From an uncultured Nitrospirales bacterium (GTDB lineage: Bacteria > UBA10199 > JADGCS01), in the NCBI GenBank assembly GCA_964526915.1, contig CAZGMS010000148.1, positions 19,063 to 83,062 on the forward strand: a stretch of 64,000 nucleotides of DNA. The letters run 5' to 3'. The stretch's first letter is position 1, and each line of letters begins with the position of its first letter. Under the pieces are notes generated by a model. It was given only the letters and a program-made list of their open reading frames with translations, was not told the DNA's origin and searched no databases. The position numbers and the translations under genes are program-made. Of the stretch, positions 18,277 through 30,030 are shown piece by piece.

Positions 18277-18955
18277 CCCCTCCCTCGCAAATCCCATCAA
18301 ACTCGACAAAGATGATGAACACCACCTGTTGCGCGTGATGCGCATGAAACCAGGTTCCCGTGTTACCCTGACAGACAATCAGGGAACTCTTGCCTTGGCT
18401 TGCCTCGATCACATTTCCCCTGTGGTCCTGACACGACTGTCAACATCACAGCAACCTCCCCCTCCACCTCTCGTGGTTTGTCTACCCCTCATTGAGCAAC
18501 GACACATGGAATGGGCCGTGGAAAAAATTACTGAACTCAATGCCGGAACCATTCAACTCATCACAACAGCACGGTGCCAACAACAAACACTATCAGCACG
18601 TAAGATGAATCGCCTAGAAAAAGTGGCGCTGGCCGCTCAAAAGCAATCAGAGCGCGCCTGGCCGCTACAAATTCTTGATCCTGTGCCTCTCAAAAAATTG
18701 CTTGTGGCAAAAAAGATCATCGTGGTGGGCACGCTCTCCAAAAACGGACAGCCCTTCTCCCAAGAAGCCCTTATCGACCGACAGCCCATTTTCTGCCTGG
18801 TCGGTCCAGAAGGAGGTTTTACCTCGGAAGAAACCAATCTCCTCGAAAAAGCAAAGGCTTTCACGATCAATCTTGGCCCAACCGTCTTGCGCTCCGAGAC
18901 CGCCGCAATGGCAATAACCTCAATCACACAATTCTTGATTTTTTTGCAACATTAA
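18251..18955 (+). CDS. rsmE: 16S rRNA (uracil1498-N3)-methyltransferase
   Basis: ATG 18251 MPIFIVKN...HLLRVMRM aligns with the RsmE N-terminus; C-terminal LVGPEGGFTSEE...LGPTVLRSETA SPOUT motifs; overlaps the prmA 3' end by 26 nt. Confidence 0.75.
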   Translation: MPIFIVKNNPSLANPIKLDKDDEHHLLRVMRMKPGSRVTLTDNQGTLALACLDHISPVVLTRLSTSQQPPPPPLVVCLPLIEQRHMEWAVEKITELNAGTIQLITTARCQQQTLSARKMNRLEKVALAAQKQSERAWPLQILDPVPLKKLLVAKKIIVVGTLSKNGQPFSQEALIDRQPIFCLVGPEGGFTSEETNLLEKAKAFTINLGPTVLRSETAAMAITSITQFLIFLQH

Positions 18956-19031
18956 TGATTTCAAAGAGATGAGCAGTGTTTTGCCCTTGCTCTCTCAAAC
19001 CCATTTTACATGTTTCTTCGTTATCAATCTC

Positions 19032-19934
19032 ATGACATCACTGAAAAACAAGTTGCTATTTTTTGGTTTGGCAATCTCTCTTTTCTGTTCCGCCTGCGGT
19101 GCCAATTTATATAGTGAATCCCTGAGCATAGCACTCGTCAACGAACAATATACCTATCAACTCTACGCTGAAGACGAATCCTGGAGTGTTTTTGACGATG
19201 CCCTCCTCCTCTTTGCGCAAACGGGTGGTGTGTTGCCAGATGGGGTATCTGTCGGTTCCAATGGCCTCATTTCGGGCGTCCCAACAGAGGTCGGCAATTT
19301 CGAATTTCGCATCACCGCCTACGCCATTGATGATGAATGGGACGTTTGGGACGATTGCTGCGAAGATGATGAAGACGTCACATCTGATCGTGAGTGGTTT
19401 ACACTCTTTGTCACCGAAGCCAGCACAAACGAATATTGTCCCTGGCCTAATGATGAGCAAACCAGCGGGCTTTATTTTTGTGCGGGCAATTTGGTTCAAA
19501 CATCACTCAATGCCGACGAATCCGTGGATTTAGACATCACCTATTTCATCGATTTCAATAATGCCAAAGGTTATGCGATCGACACCCTTGAATTCACTGT
19601 TTTCTTTGACCCAGAATTTTTTTACGTCGAATCATCCACCTTAAGTTCACAAATCCTGCGTGAAGCGGCCACCCGCGCAGGCGCCTCTCTGGAAATCACC
19701 ATAGGCGATGATTATGTGACCTTTTTTGTTCAAGGACAGGACATGGATTTTAATAGATCCGGAAGGCTTGTTGATTTGCCCATTTTTGCCTCTCAAAACC
19801 TTGCTGAGGGAGACTACTATTTTCCGATCATCATCGATCAAATAGGATCATCCACAAATGAAGGTTCATTTCCCACTGCCTACGAAGTCGACGGTTTCCT
19901 GACCATTCAGCCCGAAGATAGCGATGATGCCTGA
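19032..19934 (+). CDS. secreted acidic lipoprotein with putative Ig-like (He_PIG-type) domain
   Basis: Signal MTSLKNKLLFFGLAISLFCSAC; motif LPDGVSVGSNGLISGVPTEVGNFEF typical of the putative-Ig domain; D/E/W-rich acidic stretch. Confidence 0.45.
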   Translation: MTSLKNKLLFFGLAISLFCSACGANLYSESLSIALVNEQYTYQLYAEDESWSVFDDALLLFAQTGGVLPDGVSVGSNGLISGVPTEVGNFEFRITAYAIDDEWDVWDDCCEDDEDVTSDREWFTLFVTEASTNEYCPWPNDEQTSGLYFCAGNLVQTSLNADESVDLDITYFIDFNNAKGYAIDTLEFTVFFDPEFFYVESSTLSSQILREAATRAGASLEITIGDDYVTFFVQGQDMDFNRSGRLVDLPIFASQNLAEGDYYFPIIIDQIGSSTNEGSFPTAYEVDGFLTIQPEDSDDA

Positions 19935-20026
19935 TTCTAAGACTCCTCTAAAAACATCTTTTTTTACTAAATATTGAAAAAACTGTTTATGAGCCGACAA
20001 AAATGTGTCATGAGGATTGGTGTGAC

Positions 20027-22399
20027 ATGAAAGTACATTCGCTTAAAAAGCATGACCTTTCTACCATCATGGACCTGGCGGTCCTCATTCAAAAACCCGA
20101 AGACTTGGGCAACGTGTTGCACGTTCTGGTAGAAAAAGTTTCTGGCCTCATGGAAACGGATGCCTGTTCTTTGTTTCTTTACGACAATGTTTTAGAGGAA
20201 ATCACCCTCAAAGCAACTTTTGGGCTCAATCAGGATATGGTGGGACAGGTTACCATCAAACCCGGGGAGGGTCTGACTGGCACTTGTCTCAAACTGCTCA
20301 AACCTGTGTCTGTCGTCGATGCCAAAAGCACAAAACCCTTCCTGCCCATCGCCGACCTCGGCGAAGAAAACTATGCCTCTTTTCTCGCCATCCCCTTGGT
20401 GTATAACGCTCGTCCCGTGGGCGTGTTGTCGGTACAAAATCGAAACGTCACAAAGTTTGGGAAAAAAGATATCGACATCCTCTTGTCCTTGTCCATCCCC
20501 GCTGTGAGCATTATTGAAAAGGCCAGATTTTTGGAAACCGTTGGTTCCGTCACTAAAGCGGCTGTTGCCAAGGCCTCTCCCGACAAGGCAGACCAAGAAG
20601 TGACTTACGAATATTTGAAAGATCATTTCATCAGAGGGATCCCTGCCGTTCCCGGAATTGCGATGGGCCAACTGAAAATCGTTGCACATGAATTCGCCAA
20701 ACGGTTCGACGCGAGTTCCAAACAAAATATTCAAATCGAAATCGACAGACTCAAGGAAGCCTTTTTGCAGGTAAGTTTCGAAATCCGCGAAACAAAAAAA
20801 CAGGCTGAGGCCAAGTTCGGACCAGACGAGGCCAGCATTTTTGAGGCCTATCTCCTTTTTTTGGAAAGCAATAATTTCCAGCAACAAATCATCAATCAGA
20901 TCAAAAAAGGGGAGTCTGCGGTCAAGGCCCTCGAAATCATCGTCCAGCAATACATGGATCGCATGTCGCTGGCTCACGATGAATACATCAAAGAACGCGC
21001 GTATGATATTCAAGACATCTCCCGCAAGATCGGCGATTTCCTTCTCTACGGAGAATCCTCAAAAATGAATTCTTTCAACATTGGAGAGGACACCATCTTT
21101 TTCAATGACTTTTGGTCCATATCCGATTTCATCAACCTCGATCTCAAAAAAACCAAGGGCATCATTTCGACAACAGGCGGGGCCAACTCTCATATCTCCG
21201 TTTTGGCAGACACATTGAATTTACCCACAGTCCTCGGTTTGCACTCTCTTCCCACGCAATTGAAGGACGGAGATTACATCATCGTGGACGGGTATGCGGG
21301 TAGCGTCATCGTGAACCCAACCAAAACCACTGTCGATTTATACAAACACGAACTCGATGAGCTCAACAAACGAACAAAAATATTCTCCGCTTATAAAAAC
21401 AAGCACATCCGCCTCGGGGCAGATCACAAGCGCCCCCTCATGATCGGTGCCAACTTGGGAATGGTGGTGCACGCCAAAACAGCCCTGGAACACGGTGCCG
21501 ACATGGTTGGGCTTTACCGCACAGAATTTCCTTTCCTGATCCGAAAACAGTTGCCCACGGAAGAGGAACAATTTCTCATTTACAAGCGAACCCTCGACAT
21601 CATGAAGGACCGCCACGTGGTGTTCCGCACATTGGATATCGGCGGCGACAAGTATGTGGCTTATCTCAATCTGCCTAAAGAGAACAACCCCTCTCTGGGC
21701 TGGCGCGCCATTCGCTTTTCACTCGAACGCAAAGACTTGTTCAGGATTCAACTGCGCGCCATTTTGCGGGCCTCCCGCTACGGCAAAATAAAACTCCTCT
21801 TTCCCATGATCACGTCAATCGAACAGGTCCAGGAAATCAAGGTCATTCTTGAATCAGTGAAAAAGGAACTTTCCGAGGAGGGAATCGCCTACGCCCGCAA
21901 CATCCCCTTGGGAATCATGATCGAAGTCCCCGCCGCCGTCACCATCGCCGACAAATTGGCCGAAGAGGTTGATTTCTTTTCCCTGGGAACAAACGATCTG
22001 GTGCAGTATTGTTTGGCTGTGGACCGCAGCAATCCTCTCGTAGCCAAACTTTACGATCCTTACCACCCCGCCGTGGTCAGAATGATTGCGCAAACCATAC
22101 GCGCCGCCCATCACAAAGGCATCAAAGTCACCGTGTGCGGAGACACGGCCTCTCAACCTTTGCTGGCAGCTCTCTTGATCGGTCTTGGTGTCGACAACCT
22201 TTCCATGACGCCACGATCGATCCCCAAAATCAAATCCCTGGCAAGCGTGTTAGATGAATCTGCCGCGGTCAAATTGGCCTACGTGTGTGAAAAACTGCGA
22301 ACCGGCATCGAAATTCGTCAAGAACTCGAACAGTTTTTCATCAGAAATAAATTTGATCATTTCCTGCACGAAACCAGGGCCGCGCTGACGGATTATTAG
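20027..22399 (+). CDS. ptsP: phosphoenolpyruvate-protein phosphotransferase with N-terminal GAF domain (EI-Ntr, PtsP)
   Basis: N-terminal GAF region; phospho-His motif [13 protein letters not shown]; PEP-utilizing C-terminal TIM barrel [26 protein letters not shown]; ATG 20027 with AGGA SD (alternative ATG 20003). Confidence 0.75.
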   Translation: MKVHSLKKHDLSTIMDLAVLIQKPEDLGNVLHVLVEKVSGLMETDACSLFLYDNVLEEITLKATFGLNQDMVGQVTIKPGEGLTGTCLKLLKPVSVVDAKSTKPFLPIADLGEENYASFLAIPLVYNARPVGVLSVQNRNVTKFGKKDIDILLSLSIPAVSIIEKARFLETVGSVTKAAVAKASPDKADQEVTYEYLKDHFIRGIPAVPGIAMGQLKIVAHEFAKRFDASSKQNIQIEIDRLKEAFLQVSFEIRETKKQAEAKFGPDEASIFEAYLLFLESNNFQQQIINQIKKGESAVKALEIIVQQYMDRMSLAHDEYIKERAYDIQDISRKIGDFLLYGESSKMNSFNIGEDTIFFNDFWSISDFINLDLKKTKGIISTTGGANSHISVLADTLNLPTVLGLHSLPTQLKDGDYIIVDGYAGSVIVNPTKTTVDLYKHELDELNKRTKIFSAYKNKHIRLGADHKRPLMIGANLGMVVHAKTALEHGADMVGLYRTEFPFLIRKQLPTEEEQFLIYKRTLDIMKDRHVVFRTLDIGGDKYVAYLNLPKENNPSLGWRAIRFSLERKDLFRIQLRAILRASRYGKIKLLFPMITSIEQVQEIKVILESVKKELSEEGIAYARNIPLGIMIEVPAAVTIADKLAEEVDFFSLGTNDLVQYCLAVDRSNPLVAKLYDPYHPAVVRMIAQTIRAAHHKGIKVTVCGDTASQPLLAALLIGLGVDNLSMTPRSIPKIKSLASVLDESAAVKLAYVCEKLRTGIEIRQELEQFFIRNKFDHFLHETRAALTDY

Positions 22400-22407
22400 A
22401 AGTGCCC

Positions 22408-22893
22408 TTAAGCCAAATAGGTTAACCCAACCTCGACCCAATGCAGAATTTGGGGAAAGAACAACAACAAAAGCCCTGCCTGCACCCCCGCCACCAGATC
22501 ATCACCAACAACGGCCAACCCGCCATCCAAATGGTCTTGCGCTTGTCTCGCGGGAAAAATTTTGGCAATGTCGAACAAGCGAAACAAAATGAATCCCATC
22601 ACCAGATTGAAAAGTGAATACGGGACAAACAGGTAACATACCAGCACGCCAGCCACCTCATCGATCACGATCTTTTGGCAATCCTTTTCTCCAAACTCTT
22701 TTTCTGCCAGATGAGCGATGACTAACGAAAACAAGACAACCACCAAGGTCAGATTGATAAGCCACGCGTGCGATTGCATACGGACCAGATAAAAAATCAC
22801 ACTCCCCAGAACGGTCCCGAAGGTGCCGGGCGCCAGTGGAAGGTAACCGAGACCGAGGCCCGAAGCCAAAATCCGAATGATTTTTTCGTACAT
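22408..22893 (-). CDS. pgpA: phosphatidylglycerophosphatase A
   Basis: SGLGLGYLPLAPGTFGT and the C-terminal FDIAKIFPAR-type PgpA motif; start ATG 22893. Confidence 0.7.
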   Translation of the reverse strand: MYEKIIRILASGLGLGYLPLAPGTFGTVLGSVIFYLVRMQSHAWLINLTLVVVLFSLVIAHLAEKEFGEKDCQKIVIDEVAGVLVCYLFVPYSLFNLVMGFILFRLFDIAKIFPARQAQDHLDGGLAVVGDDLVAGVQAGLLLLFFPQILHWVEVGLTYLA

Positions 22894-22968
22894 GCTGTGG
22901 CCACTAAAATGGGGGGTGGAAAAAGGAAAGAAAAAAGTATCGCAATCGATGAGCCGCACGCCATCCGC

Positions 22969-24915
22969 TCACGTATACACGCTGTGGCTTATGTAGAGAT
23001 CAGGTTGAGAACCTGATCCCTCGACAGAAAGATCATCACGAGTTTGTTTTTTGGTTTGGGTCGCTCTCTTTTTGACCACCGTTTTTGTGCGCTCATCGTG
23101 TCCCTGATGCATGCCCTGTCCCGTTGTTGCTGTGTTACTAGACACAGTGTAATATTGTCTGGCTTGGGCGATTTCTAACAACGTGCTGTCCACACTGGCC
23201 CGAGTTTGTTCGTTGTGCGGTGTAAAACACATGAGCAGTCCCGCGTGGATGAATATTTGCCCCTGCGCCATGTCCGCGTTGTTTTCGGTAGCACGTCGTC
23301 GGCTTGTGTTTTGTTCGGCCATTTGACCAGCCCCAAGAAGCCCTGCCGTACCAGAGGAGAGGTCGTATCCCACCACTGATAGACCACGGGGTTGTGTCCC
23401 TTCACGCGTACCGACGACAAACCAAGGGCTGTCCTGCTTTTTATCACCACCCACAAAGCGAAGGGCAGATTGTTCGCTTGCCCAGGTCATGCCATCACGC
23501 TCGGCACTTTCGTGTCCACACAGTGTCGTCTGACGATCCAGATCACCCTGTTGTTTGGGCCTCTCCAGCATTAAACGAGAATCATTTTCTTCGCCATAAT
23601 CGCCCTGCGACACAGTGCCAGTTTTCCAAGGGTCTGCCATTACCAAAACCGACCCGACCTCTTCATCAACACCTTCACAGGTCTCTTCTGTGCTCAACAC
23701 ATCCCCATTGGCAGAGGGGGAATCCTGCAACTGTGGGCTATCTGTTTCTGATGTCGGGACAACCTCAGTGGTGAGTTCATCACTCATTTCCTGTTGTTCT
23801 GCAGGAGCACTCTCAGAGCAAACCACAACAGGTGGTTCGCTTGCCGGGTCTGTTGTGGCTGCTTTGGGAACAACAACAGGCTGTGTTGCTACTGTCACAA
23901 CGGGCTGGTCTTGGGGTGATGGAGGCTGGCGTGTGGCTGTCGAAGTGGTTCCGGCACCCTCCTGTCCAGTGGGCTGCCTCAGTGTGCTGTAGATGATAAG
24001 TGGTTGGGGTTCATTCGGAACCGCGGCCACCAATTCCGTGATTGGCATTAAGAATTCTTGTTGATTCTCATTTGTCTCAAGCTCCTCTTGCTCATCACTC
24101 GTCTCCTCTGCATTGTCAGTTTTTAATTCTTGCTCACACTCTTCGTACCAACAACTGGCAGAATAATCCTCGCTGGAAAAACAAACATCGTCTTCACTGT
24201 AATCACTTTCGTCCTCAGACCATTCTTGCTCTTCGTACACGTCTTCTTCGTTTGCTACGAGCTCTGCTTTTTCTTCATCTTCTCTTAGCATTTCATGATA
24301 AACACTCTCAATACTGTCCCTCACTTCTCGCTCTGCCTTTTCGAACGAAAAATCATCCAGTCCTGTTTTTTGAGTCACTTCTCTGGCCAGCGCCTTGGCA
24401 CCATCAAGCACCTCATACACAAAACCTTTCGGCTCTTGTGACCCCCACATTGTTTCGTTGTTTGTTGTGTCTCTATCGGCCGACACATAGTTCCTGTATC
24501 CCCGCAGAAGGACATTGGCGACCTCTTGCGCTGGGCCGTTGCCCAATATTTTCATCAGCGGCGGTTTGGTGATTGCCAGAAATTGATCCTGCGCGAAGGA
24601 TGCGTTTGACACGTGTTCTGCGCTCATCAGTGTTCGCCTCGCGACGTTATCTTCTTTAAAGTACACATCATCGTCAACTCCGAAGGCTCTCGTAGCGAGC
24701 AAACACGATTTTTCGGCATAGGCCTCTGAAGCACAAGCTTCGAAATCAGATTCCTCCGCCTCGCATGTGTTTTGCTCACCCAGATCATCATAGTCATCAT
24801 AACAATAGTCAGACTCTATGTAGTGTATCTCGTTGCTCATCGGGTCTTTCTTTATTATCGGTTTAGATACCTTGAAAATCCTTTCATTGTAGTCTTTACA
24901 ATTCAATTTTGCCAC
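22969..24915 (-). CDS. large, highly acidic, low-complexity (predicted disordered) protein of unknown function
   Basis: About 648 aa, D/E/S/T/P/Q-rich with DYSEDD and EEQEWSEDESDYSEDD runs, no signal peptide or TM, basic C-terminal tail; start uncertain (GTG 24915 or ATG 24840). Confidence 0.4.
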   Translation of the reverse strand: MAKLNCKDYNERIFKVSKPIIKKDPMSNEIHYIESDYCYDDYDDLGEQNTCEAEESDFEACASEAYAEKSCLLATRAFGVDDDVYFKEDNVARRTLMSAEHVSNASFAQDQFLAITKPPLMKILGNGPAQEVANVLLRGYRNYVSADRDTTNNETMWGSQEPKGFVYEVLDGAKALAREVTQKTGLDDFSFEKAEREVRDSIESVYHEMLREDEEKAELVANEEDVYEEQEWSEDESDYSEDDVCFSSEDYSASCWYEECEQELKTDNAEETSDEQEELETNENQQEFLMPITELVAAVPNEPQPLIIYSTLRQPTGQEGAGTTSTATRQPPSPQDQPVVTVATQPVVVPKAATTDPASEPPVVVCSESAPAEQQEMSDELTTEVVPTSETDSPQLQDSPSANGDVLSTEETCEGVDEEVGSVLVMADPWKTGTVSQGDYGEENDSRLMLERPKQQGDLDRQTTLCGHESAERDGMTWASEQSALRFVGGDKKQDSPWFVVGTREGTQPRGLSVVGYDLSSGTAGLLGAGQMAEQNTSRRRATENNADMAQGQIFIHAGLLMCFTPHNEQTRASVDSTLLEIAQARQYYTVSSNTATTGQGMHQGHDERTKTVVKKRATQTKKQTRDDLSVEGSGSQPDLYISHSVYT

Positions 24916-25070
24916 GCCAACAATGACAACAAAAGAATTAAAAATGGGGTAATATATACCTGTTTTACAAGCATGGCTTTGTAGCCTGAATCATGAACTG
25001 TTTTATGGTCTGTTCAAGAATTTTTTCTATTGTTGGTGGGGTGTTCTCGTTTTGACAATAATAACAGTGG

Positions 25071-26003
25071 TCAAGAGACACTGGTTGCGTCGTTTTTTTT
25101 ATGGTTTATCAGGCGTTTTGCCCTGATGACGTCCCGTTCAAGGGTCGCCAGACCAAGAAACTTTTTATCATGAAAGACCTTACACACATTGTTCGTCAGC
25201 CCCTGAGTGGCAGACATTGCTGAAGGAGGCAGCTCTGAAATGACACATTCCCTGCCGATCAGCTTACCTTGAAAAAGCCTCTTTTCACCTTCTTGATTCA
25301 AATAAAGACTTCGATATTGTGACAACATGTCTGCTATCGCAATCTGCTGGGACAACAAAACTTCTTCCTGGTCAAGAGACATCGCCTGTTCCAGGCCTGC
25401 ACCACACAAACCCGTGCGTGACAATTCGGACAAATACCCCATCGTGCCAAGGACCTTGGCCAGATCACTGGCCAACACACGTATGTAAGTCCCCCTGGAA
25501 ACTGTAGTGACTATTTTGAGCACCGGGGATTCCCAAAACAACACATCAAGCTCAAAAACAAAAATCCTCCTGGCTTGTCGAGGAATAGCAACGCCCTGTC
25601 TGGCAAGCTCATATAATTTTTTCCCATTAACCTTGATGGCCGAAAACATGGGGGGCGTTTGCTGGGACTCCCCCAAAAAAGTCGCCATAGCCAATACAAT
25701 CTGTTCACGCGACAAGTATGGAACCTCTCCTGATGCCACCTCGCGCCCTGTCACATCCAGAGAATCGGTCTGTTTGCCAAACACAATCGTGGCCTGATAG
25801 GTTTTCTTTTCGTCATCGATATAGCAAAAATACTTTGTTGCCTCGTTCACGCCAACAAGCAACAGACCTTCTGCGAAGGGATCAAGGGTCCCGTGATGGC
25901 CAATTTTTTTGATTTTGTGTTTTTTTTTGAAGATGGTCAAACACGCCTGGGAGGTCATCCCCTTGGGTTTGTGTAGAAAAAGAAAATAGGATGGTTCACT
26001 CAT
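25071..26003 (-). CDS. truB: tRNA pseudouridine(55) synthase
   Basis: HKPKGMTSQ...GHHGTLDPFAEG, the TruB catalytic Asp motif; start ATG 26003 overlaps the nrnA stop (ATGA). Confidence 0.8.
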   Translation of the reverse strand: MSEPSYFLFLHKPKGMTSQACLTIFKKKHKIKKIGHHGTLDPFAEGLLLVGVNEATKYFCYIDDEKKTYQATIVFGKQTDSLDVTGREVASGEVPYLSREQIVLAMATFLGESQQTPPMFSAIKVNGKKLYELARQGVAIPRQARRIFVFELDVLFWESPVLKIVTTVSRGTYIRVLASDLAKVLGTMGYLSELSRTGLCGAGLEQAMSLDQEEVLLSQQIAIADMLSQYRSLYLNQEGEKRLFQGKLIGRECVISELPPSAMSATQGLTNNVCKVFHDKKFLGLATLERDVIRAKRLINHKKNDATSVS

Positions 26004-26983
26004 TTTCGTAGAGAAAAAAGAATCTCCGTCAGAATCTGTTTTTTGATCTCTGTCAGGCTTCCCTCTATGGTACAACCACTGGCCCGCACATGACCTCCCC
26101 CGCCAAATTTTGCGGCGATCGCGGCCACGTCCACAAACTCTTTTGACCGCATGCTGACCTTATAGACCCGAGAGCTCTTCTGCTTGAACAACACCGCCAC
26201 TTCAACCCCTTCAATAAAACGGGGATAATTGATAAATCCCTCAGCGTCCTCAGACTTGGCACAAGTCACCTTGAAATCATGTTGCGTCAATACGACCCAG
26301 GCAATCTTGCCGCAGGGGTGCACTTCTATCTTGGGCATGAGCCGCTTGAGCAGGGCCATACGTGGGAGCGAGTACATTTCAAAACAATTTTGCGACACCT
26401 GCCAAACATCCACACCCAGCGCCAGCAAACGGGCCGCCGTTGTGAGTGTTTGTGGTTTTGTGTTTGAGTATTTGAAAGACCCTGTGTCCGTGGCAATGGC
26501 CGTGTACAAATTCGTGGCCATCTCTTTGGTGATCTGGACAGGCAATTTCGCAAGAAGGGAATAAATCAACTCGCCACACGAAGCCTGTTGCGGGCGTGAA
26601 AAAATATAATCAGTATCGGGGCTGCCTGTAACATGGTGATCAATGCTGATGACGGTTCCCAGAAATCGATGCGCAAGAAAAACATCACTCACGCGTTTTC
26701 TCTCGGCCACATCCAACACCAAAGTGAGATCAAACTTTTTGTGGAGATCCAATTTCTGACAGACTGACTTTTGCCCAGGCAAAAATTGATAGATCCGCGG
26801 CACCCCATCTTTGGAATAGAGACATGTTTTCTTGCCCAATTGAACCAGCCCCTGACCCAAAGCAATCATCGCCCCCAGCCCGTCTCCGTCGATATTCTCG
26901 TGGGTGGTGACAAGAATCTGTGAGGCACCCAGAAGGGACGAAATGATTTTTTTCTGACTAATCTTTTTGGTTTTGGACGTCAT
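26000..26983 (-). CDS. nrnA: DHH/DHHA1 phosphoesterase (NrnA-type oligoribonuclease / pAp phosphatase)
   Basis: DHH motifs TTHENIDGDGLGA and SIDHHV; DHHA1 GGGHVRASG. Confidence 0.7.
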   Translation of the reverse strand: MTSKTKKISQKKIISSLLGASQILVTTHENIDGDGLGAMIALGQGLVQLGKKTCLYSKDGVPRIYQFLPGQKSVCQKLDLHKKFDLTLVLDVAERKRVSDVFLAHRFLGTVISIDHHVTGSPDTDYIFSRPQQASCGELIYSLLAKLPVQITKEMATNLYTAIATDTGSFKYSNTKPQTLTTAARLLALGVDVWQVSQNCFEMYSLPRMALLKRLMPKIEVHPCGKIAWVVLTQHDFKVTCAKSEDAEGFINYPRFIEGVEVAVLFKQKSSRVYKVSMRSKEFVDVAAIAAKFGGGGHVRASGCTIEGSLTEIKKQILTEILFSLRK

Positions 26984-27336
26984 TGTTGATCAGGGGACCT
27001 CTTGACTTCCGCAAACAGTTGATCGACGCGTTCTTGCAACGCAGCCGTTTCGTCAAAATAAAACACAAGATCGGGCATGTATTTGATGTTGACCCGACGA
27101 GCCAGTTCCTTTTTGATATACCCTTTGGCTTTTTGAAACCCTTTTTCTACAGCGACAACACGTTCACGCCCACCCGGAATGTCGTAATATACCTTGGCCA
27201 ACCGCAAATCGGGCGTAATCACCACATCGGTCACACACAGACCATCGAGCCGAGGATCACGAACTTCGTAGAGCAAAATGCTCGTAAGCTCCTTCTGGTA
27301 GGCCTGTGAAATCCTGTTTTGTCTTTTGTCTTTCAT
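26980..27336 (-). CDS. rbfA: ribosome-binding factor A
   Basis: RIS.....E....LL...DPRL....VTDV..TPDLRLAKVY pattern typical of RbfA; start ATG 27336. Confidence 0.75.
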   Translation of the reverse strand: MKDKRQNRISQAYQKELTSILLYEVRDPRLDGLCVTDVVITPDLRLAKVYYDIPGGRERVVAVEKGFQKAKGYIKKELARRVNIKYMPDLVFYFDETAALQERVDQLFAEVKRSPDQQ

Positions 27337-27349
27337 GTAAAAAAAGGCC

Positions 27350-29962
27350 CTATAGCGTTTTTTGAACTTTAGTGAGTTCAAAAGCCTCAAGCACATCACC
27401 CGGTTTGATGTCGCCATAACCTTCAATCCCTATGCCACACTCAAACCCCTGTTTGACATCCTTCGCGTCGTTCTTGAAACGCTTCAACGACATGATCGCT
27501 CCCTCAAATAAAACCACGTTGTCTCTCAACAACCGCAAACGCCCGGCCCTGGTGATCATGCCATCGGTCACCATGCAACCAGCGATGGTGCCCACTTTGG
27601 ATATCTCAAAGGCTTGTCTGACTTCGGCTCGCCCCAAATAGGTCTCTTTGATGTCGGGAGCCAGCAATCCCTGCATCGCCAGCTTCACTTCATTGACCAG
27701 ATCGTAAATCACCTTGTACATCTTGATATCCACATGATGTTCTTTGGCCAAGTGTAAGGCCTTGATTTCTGGTCGGACATTGAAACCAATGATGATCGCT
27801 CGAGAGGCCATGGCCAATTGCACATCTGATTCATTCACACCACCAACGCCAGCATGAATGATCCTCGCCCTGACTTCTTCGTTGCCAATTTTGAGAACGG
27901 CATCACGAATGGCTTCGAGCGAACCCTGAACATCTGTTTTCAAGATCAAGCTCAACTCGCTGATCTCCCCTGCCTTCATCTTGGTGAACATGTCCTCCAG
28001 AGTCACTTGCGTCTGTGCCTCCTGAACCTTGCGACGTTTTTCGATAATTCTGTTGTCAACAATATCCTTGGCATCTCTCTCCGACTCAACAGCATAAAAT
28101 GCATCACCGGCATCAGGAACACCTTCCAACCCAATGATTTCAACGGCCACAGAGGGCGTCCCTTTTGCAACAGGGGTCCCCATCCAATCAGTCATGTTGC
28201 GCACTTTACCGGAAAAACAGCCCGCCACGATGTGGTCCCCTGCCATCAGGGTTCCCTCCTGCACCAGGAACGTACACACAGGCCCTCGCGCGCGATCCAG
28301 TCTGGCTTCAAGCACGACCCCTCTGGCACGTGCCTCTGTGCTCGCGTTCAACTCCAGGACTTCCGCCTGCACCAGAATGCTCTCCAACAAAGCCTCAATG
28401 CCAATTCCCTGTTTGGCAGACACATGATTGAAAATCACATCGCCGCCCCACTCTTCCGACACCAAACCCTTTTCGGACAGCTGTCGCTTGATTTTTTCGG
28501 GATCTGCTTCGGGTTTGTCGATTTTGTTGACGGCCACAATGATGGGAACTCCAGCCGCCTGTGCGTGTCGGATAGATTCCTCGGTTTGTGGCATCACACC
28601 ATCATCTGCAGCCACAACCAGAACAACAATATCGGTCGCTTTGGCTCCCCTCAAACGCATGGTGGTAAAGGCTTCGTGCCCTGGCGTGTCCAGGAAAGTG
28701 ATCTTGCCTTGAGGAAGAACCACCGTGTAGGCACCAATGTGCTGAGTGATGCCACCCGCTTCGCCACTGGCAACATTGGTTGAACGGATTTTATCCAACA
28801 AGGATGTTTTGCCGTGGTCAACATGGCCCATGATCGTCACCACAGGAGGCCTCGAGGGATTACCATTTTCATTTTCTGCAACTGACTGCTTCGCCATGAG
28901 AAGCTTGTCTTCCTTAAAAGAGATATCCCTTACCTCATATTGATATTCTGCCGCGATGAGTGTGGCGGTCTCTTTATCGATTTCTTGATTGATCGTGGCC
29001 ATGACACCTAAATCCATCAACCTCTTGATAATCTCCCCGGCCTTGACACCCAGCCCTTGCGCAAAATTGCCCACAGTAATTTTCTGATCGATCTCAACGT
29101 AGCGCTTCGATGTTTTCTTTTCGGTCAGGACTGTTTGTTTGAGATTCTTGCGGGACACGACCTTCTTTTTCTTTCGCCCCATATCCGAAGGACGAAAAAT
29201 CCGTTCGGCCGGCACCAATCTTGATAACTGAGCCAGGGTTTGGGTGCGCCCGTAACCTTCAATGTCAAGATCCCCGCCGATGGCCTTGACACCCTTGCGT
29301 GACCTGATGAGCTTCTTTTGTTTTTCTGCCTTCTCCTCAGCTGTTTCGTTGCCCGCATCAACATGTCCTGCGAGGCCCGGTTCACCGGCAACACGCAGTT
29401 TCTGCTCTTTCGCGACATCTTCTGGTTTTGTCTTTTTGAGATCAATGTGTCCCCTGATTCTGTCTTTGAAAGAAAGAATTCTGGGTCTTTCCTCCTCTTT
29501 GGGTTTGGGTTTCTTCGATGCCTTAAGTTCTGCCTCATCGATGATCCTGGCCGTAGTATCGAACTCTTCCTTCTTCTCCGGAACAGCAACCGACACCTCT
29601 GGGACAGGCGGCTTGATGTGTCTTTGAACATTTTCCTCTGCACGTTTGCGGGCCTCATCGCTCAAAACAAATCTCTTTGTTTTGGACTCCGTCGTTTCTT
29701 TGGTCCCCTGCGCCACAACGGGCACCGGTTCTTTTGGGGGTAGCACGGTCTCTGCTTGCTTTGTAACCAGCTTAAGGTCTTCTTTCCCAACAGGCCTGGT
29801 GGCCTCTCTTTTTTTGATCCTGAGTTCCGGTTTTTCTTTTTGGCTGTCAACTGGTGCTGGTTCGGCGTGGGAATCAGGCATTTCTGATGCACGCGTGCGA
29901 CGACGAATAACACCCCGACTCAATCTCTGTTGGACAATAACCGTTTTTTCTTGTTCTTCCAT
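27350..29962 (-). CDS. infB: translation initiation factor IF-2
   Basis: G-domain [21 protein letters not shown]; long basic/charged N-terminal region; C-terminal beta-barrels. Confidence 0.9.
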   Translation of the reverse strand: MEEQEKTVIVQQRLSRGVIRRRTRASEMPDSHAEPAPVDSQKEKPELRIKKREATRPVGKEDLKLVTKQAETVLPPKEPVPVVAQGTKETTESKTKRFVLSDEARKRAEENVQRHIKPPVPEVSVAVPEKKEEFDTTARIIDEAELKASKKPKPKEEERPRILSFKDRIRGHIDLKKTKPEDVAKEQKLRVAGEPGLAGHVDAGNETAEEKAEKQKKLIRSRKGVKAIGGDLDIEGYGRTQTLAQLSRLVPAERIFRPSDMGRKKKKVVSRKNLKQTVLTEKKTSKRYVEIDQKITVGNFAQGLGVKAGEIIKRLMDLGVMATINQEIDKETATLIAAEYQYEVRDISFKEDKLLMAKQSVAENENGNPSRPPVVTIMGHVDHGKTSLLDKIRSTNVASGEAGGITQHIGAYTVVLPQGKITFLDTPGHEAFTTMRLRGAKATDIVVLVVAADDGVMPQTEESIRHAQAAGVPIIVAVNKIDKPEADPEKIKRQLSEKGLVSEEWGGDVIFNHVSAKQGIGIEALLESILVQAEVLELNASTEARARGVVLEARLDRARGPVCTFLVQEGTLMAGDHIVAGCFSGKVRNMTDWMGTPVAKGTPSVAVEIIGLEGVPDAGDAFYAVESERDAKDIVDNRIIEKRRKVQEAQTQVTLEDMFTKMKAGEISELSLILKTDVQGSLEAIRDAVLKIGNEEVRARIIHAGVGGVNESDVQLAMASRAIIIGFNVRPEIKALHLAKEHHVDIKMYKVIYDLVNEVKLAMQGLLAPDIKETYLGRAEVRQAFEISKVGTIAGCMVTDGMITRAGRLRLLRDNVVLFEGAIMSLKRFKNDAKDVKQGFECGIGIEGYGDIKPGDVLEAFELTKVQKTL

Positions 29963-30030
29963 AATAGTATCTGAATTCGATGATTAAATAATCAAGCTGA
30001 CAAAAAAGAATAGCCGGCATTTTCTTGCCG

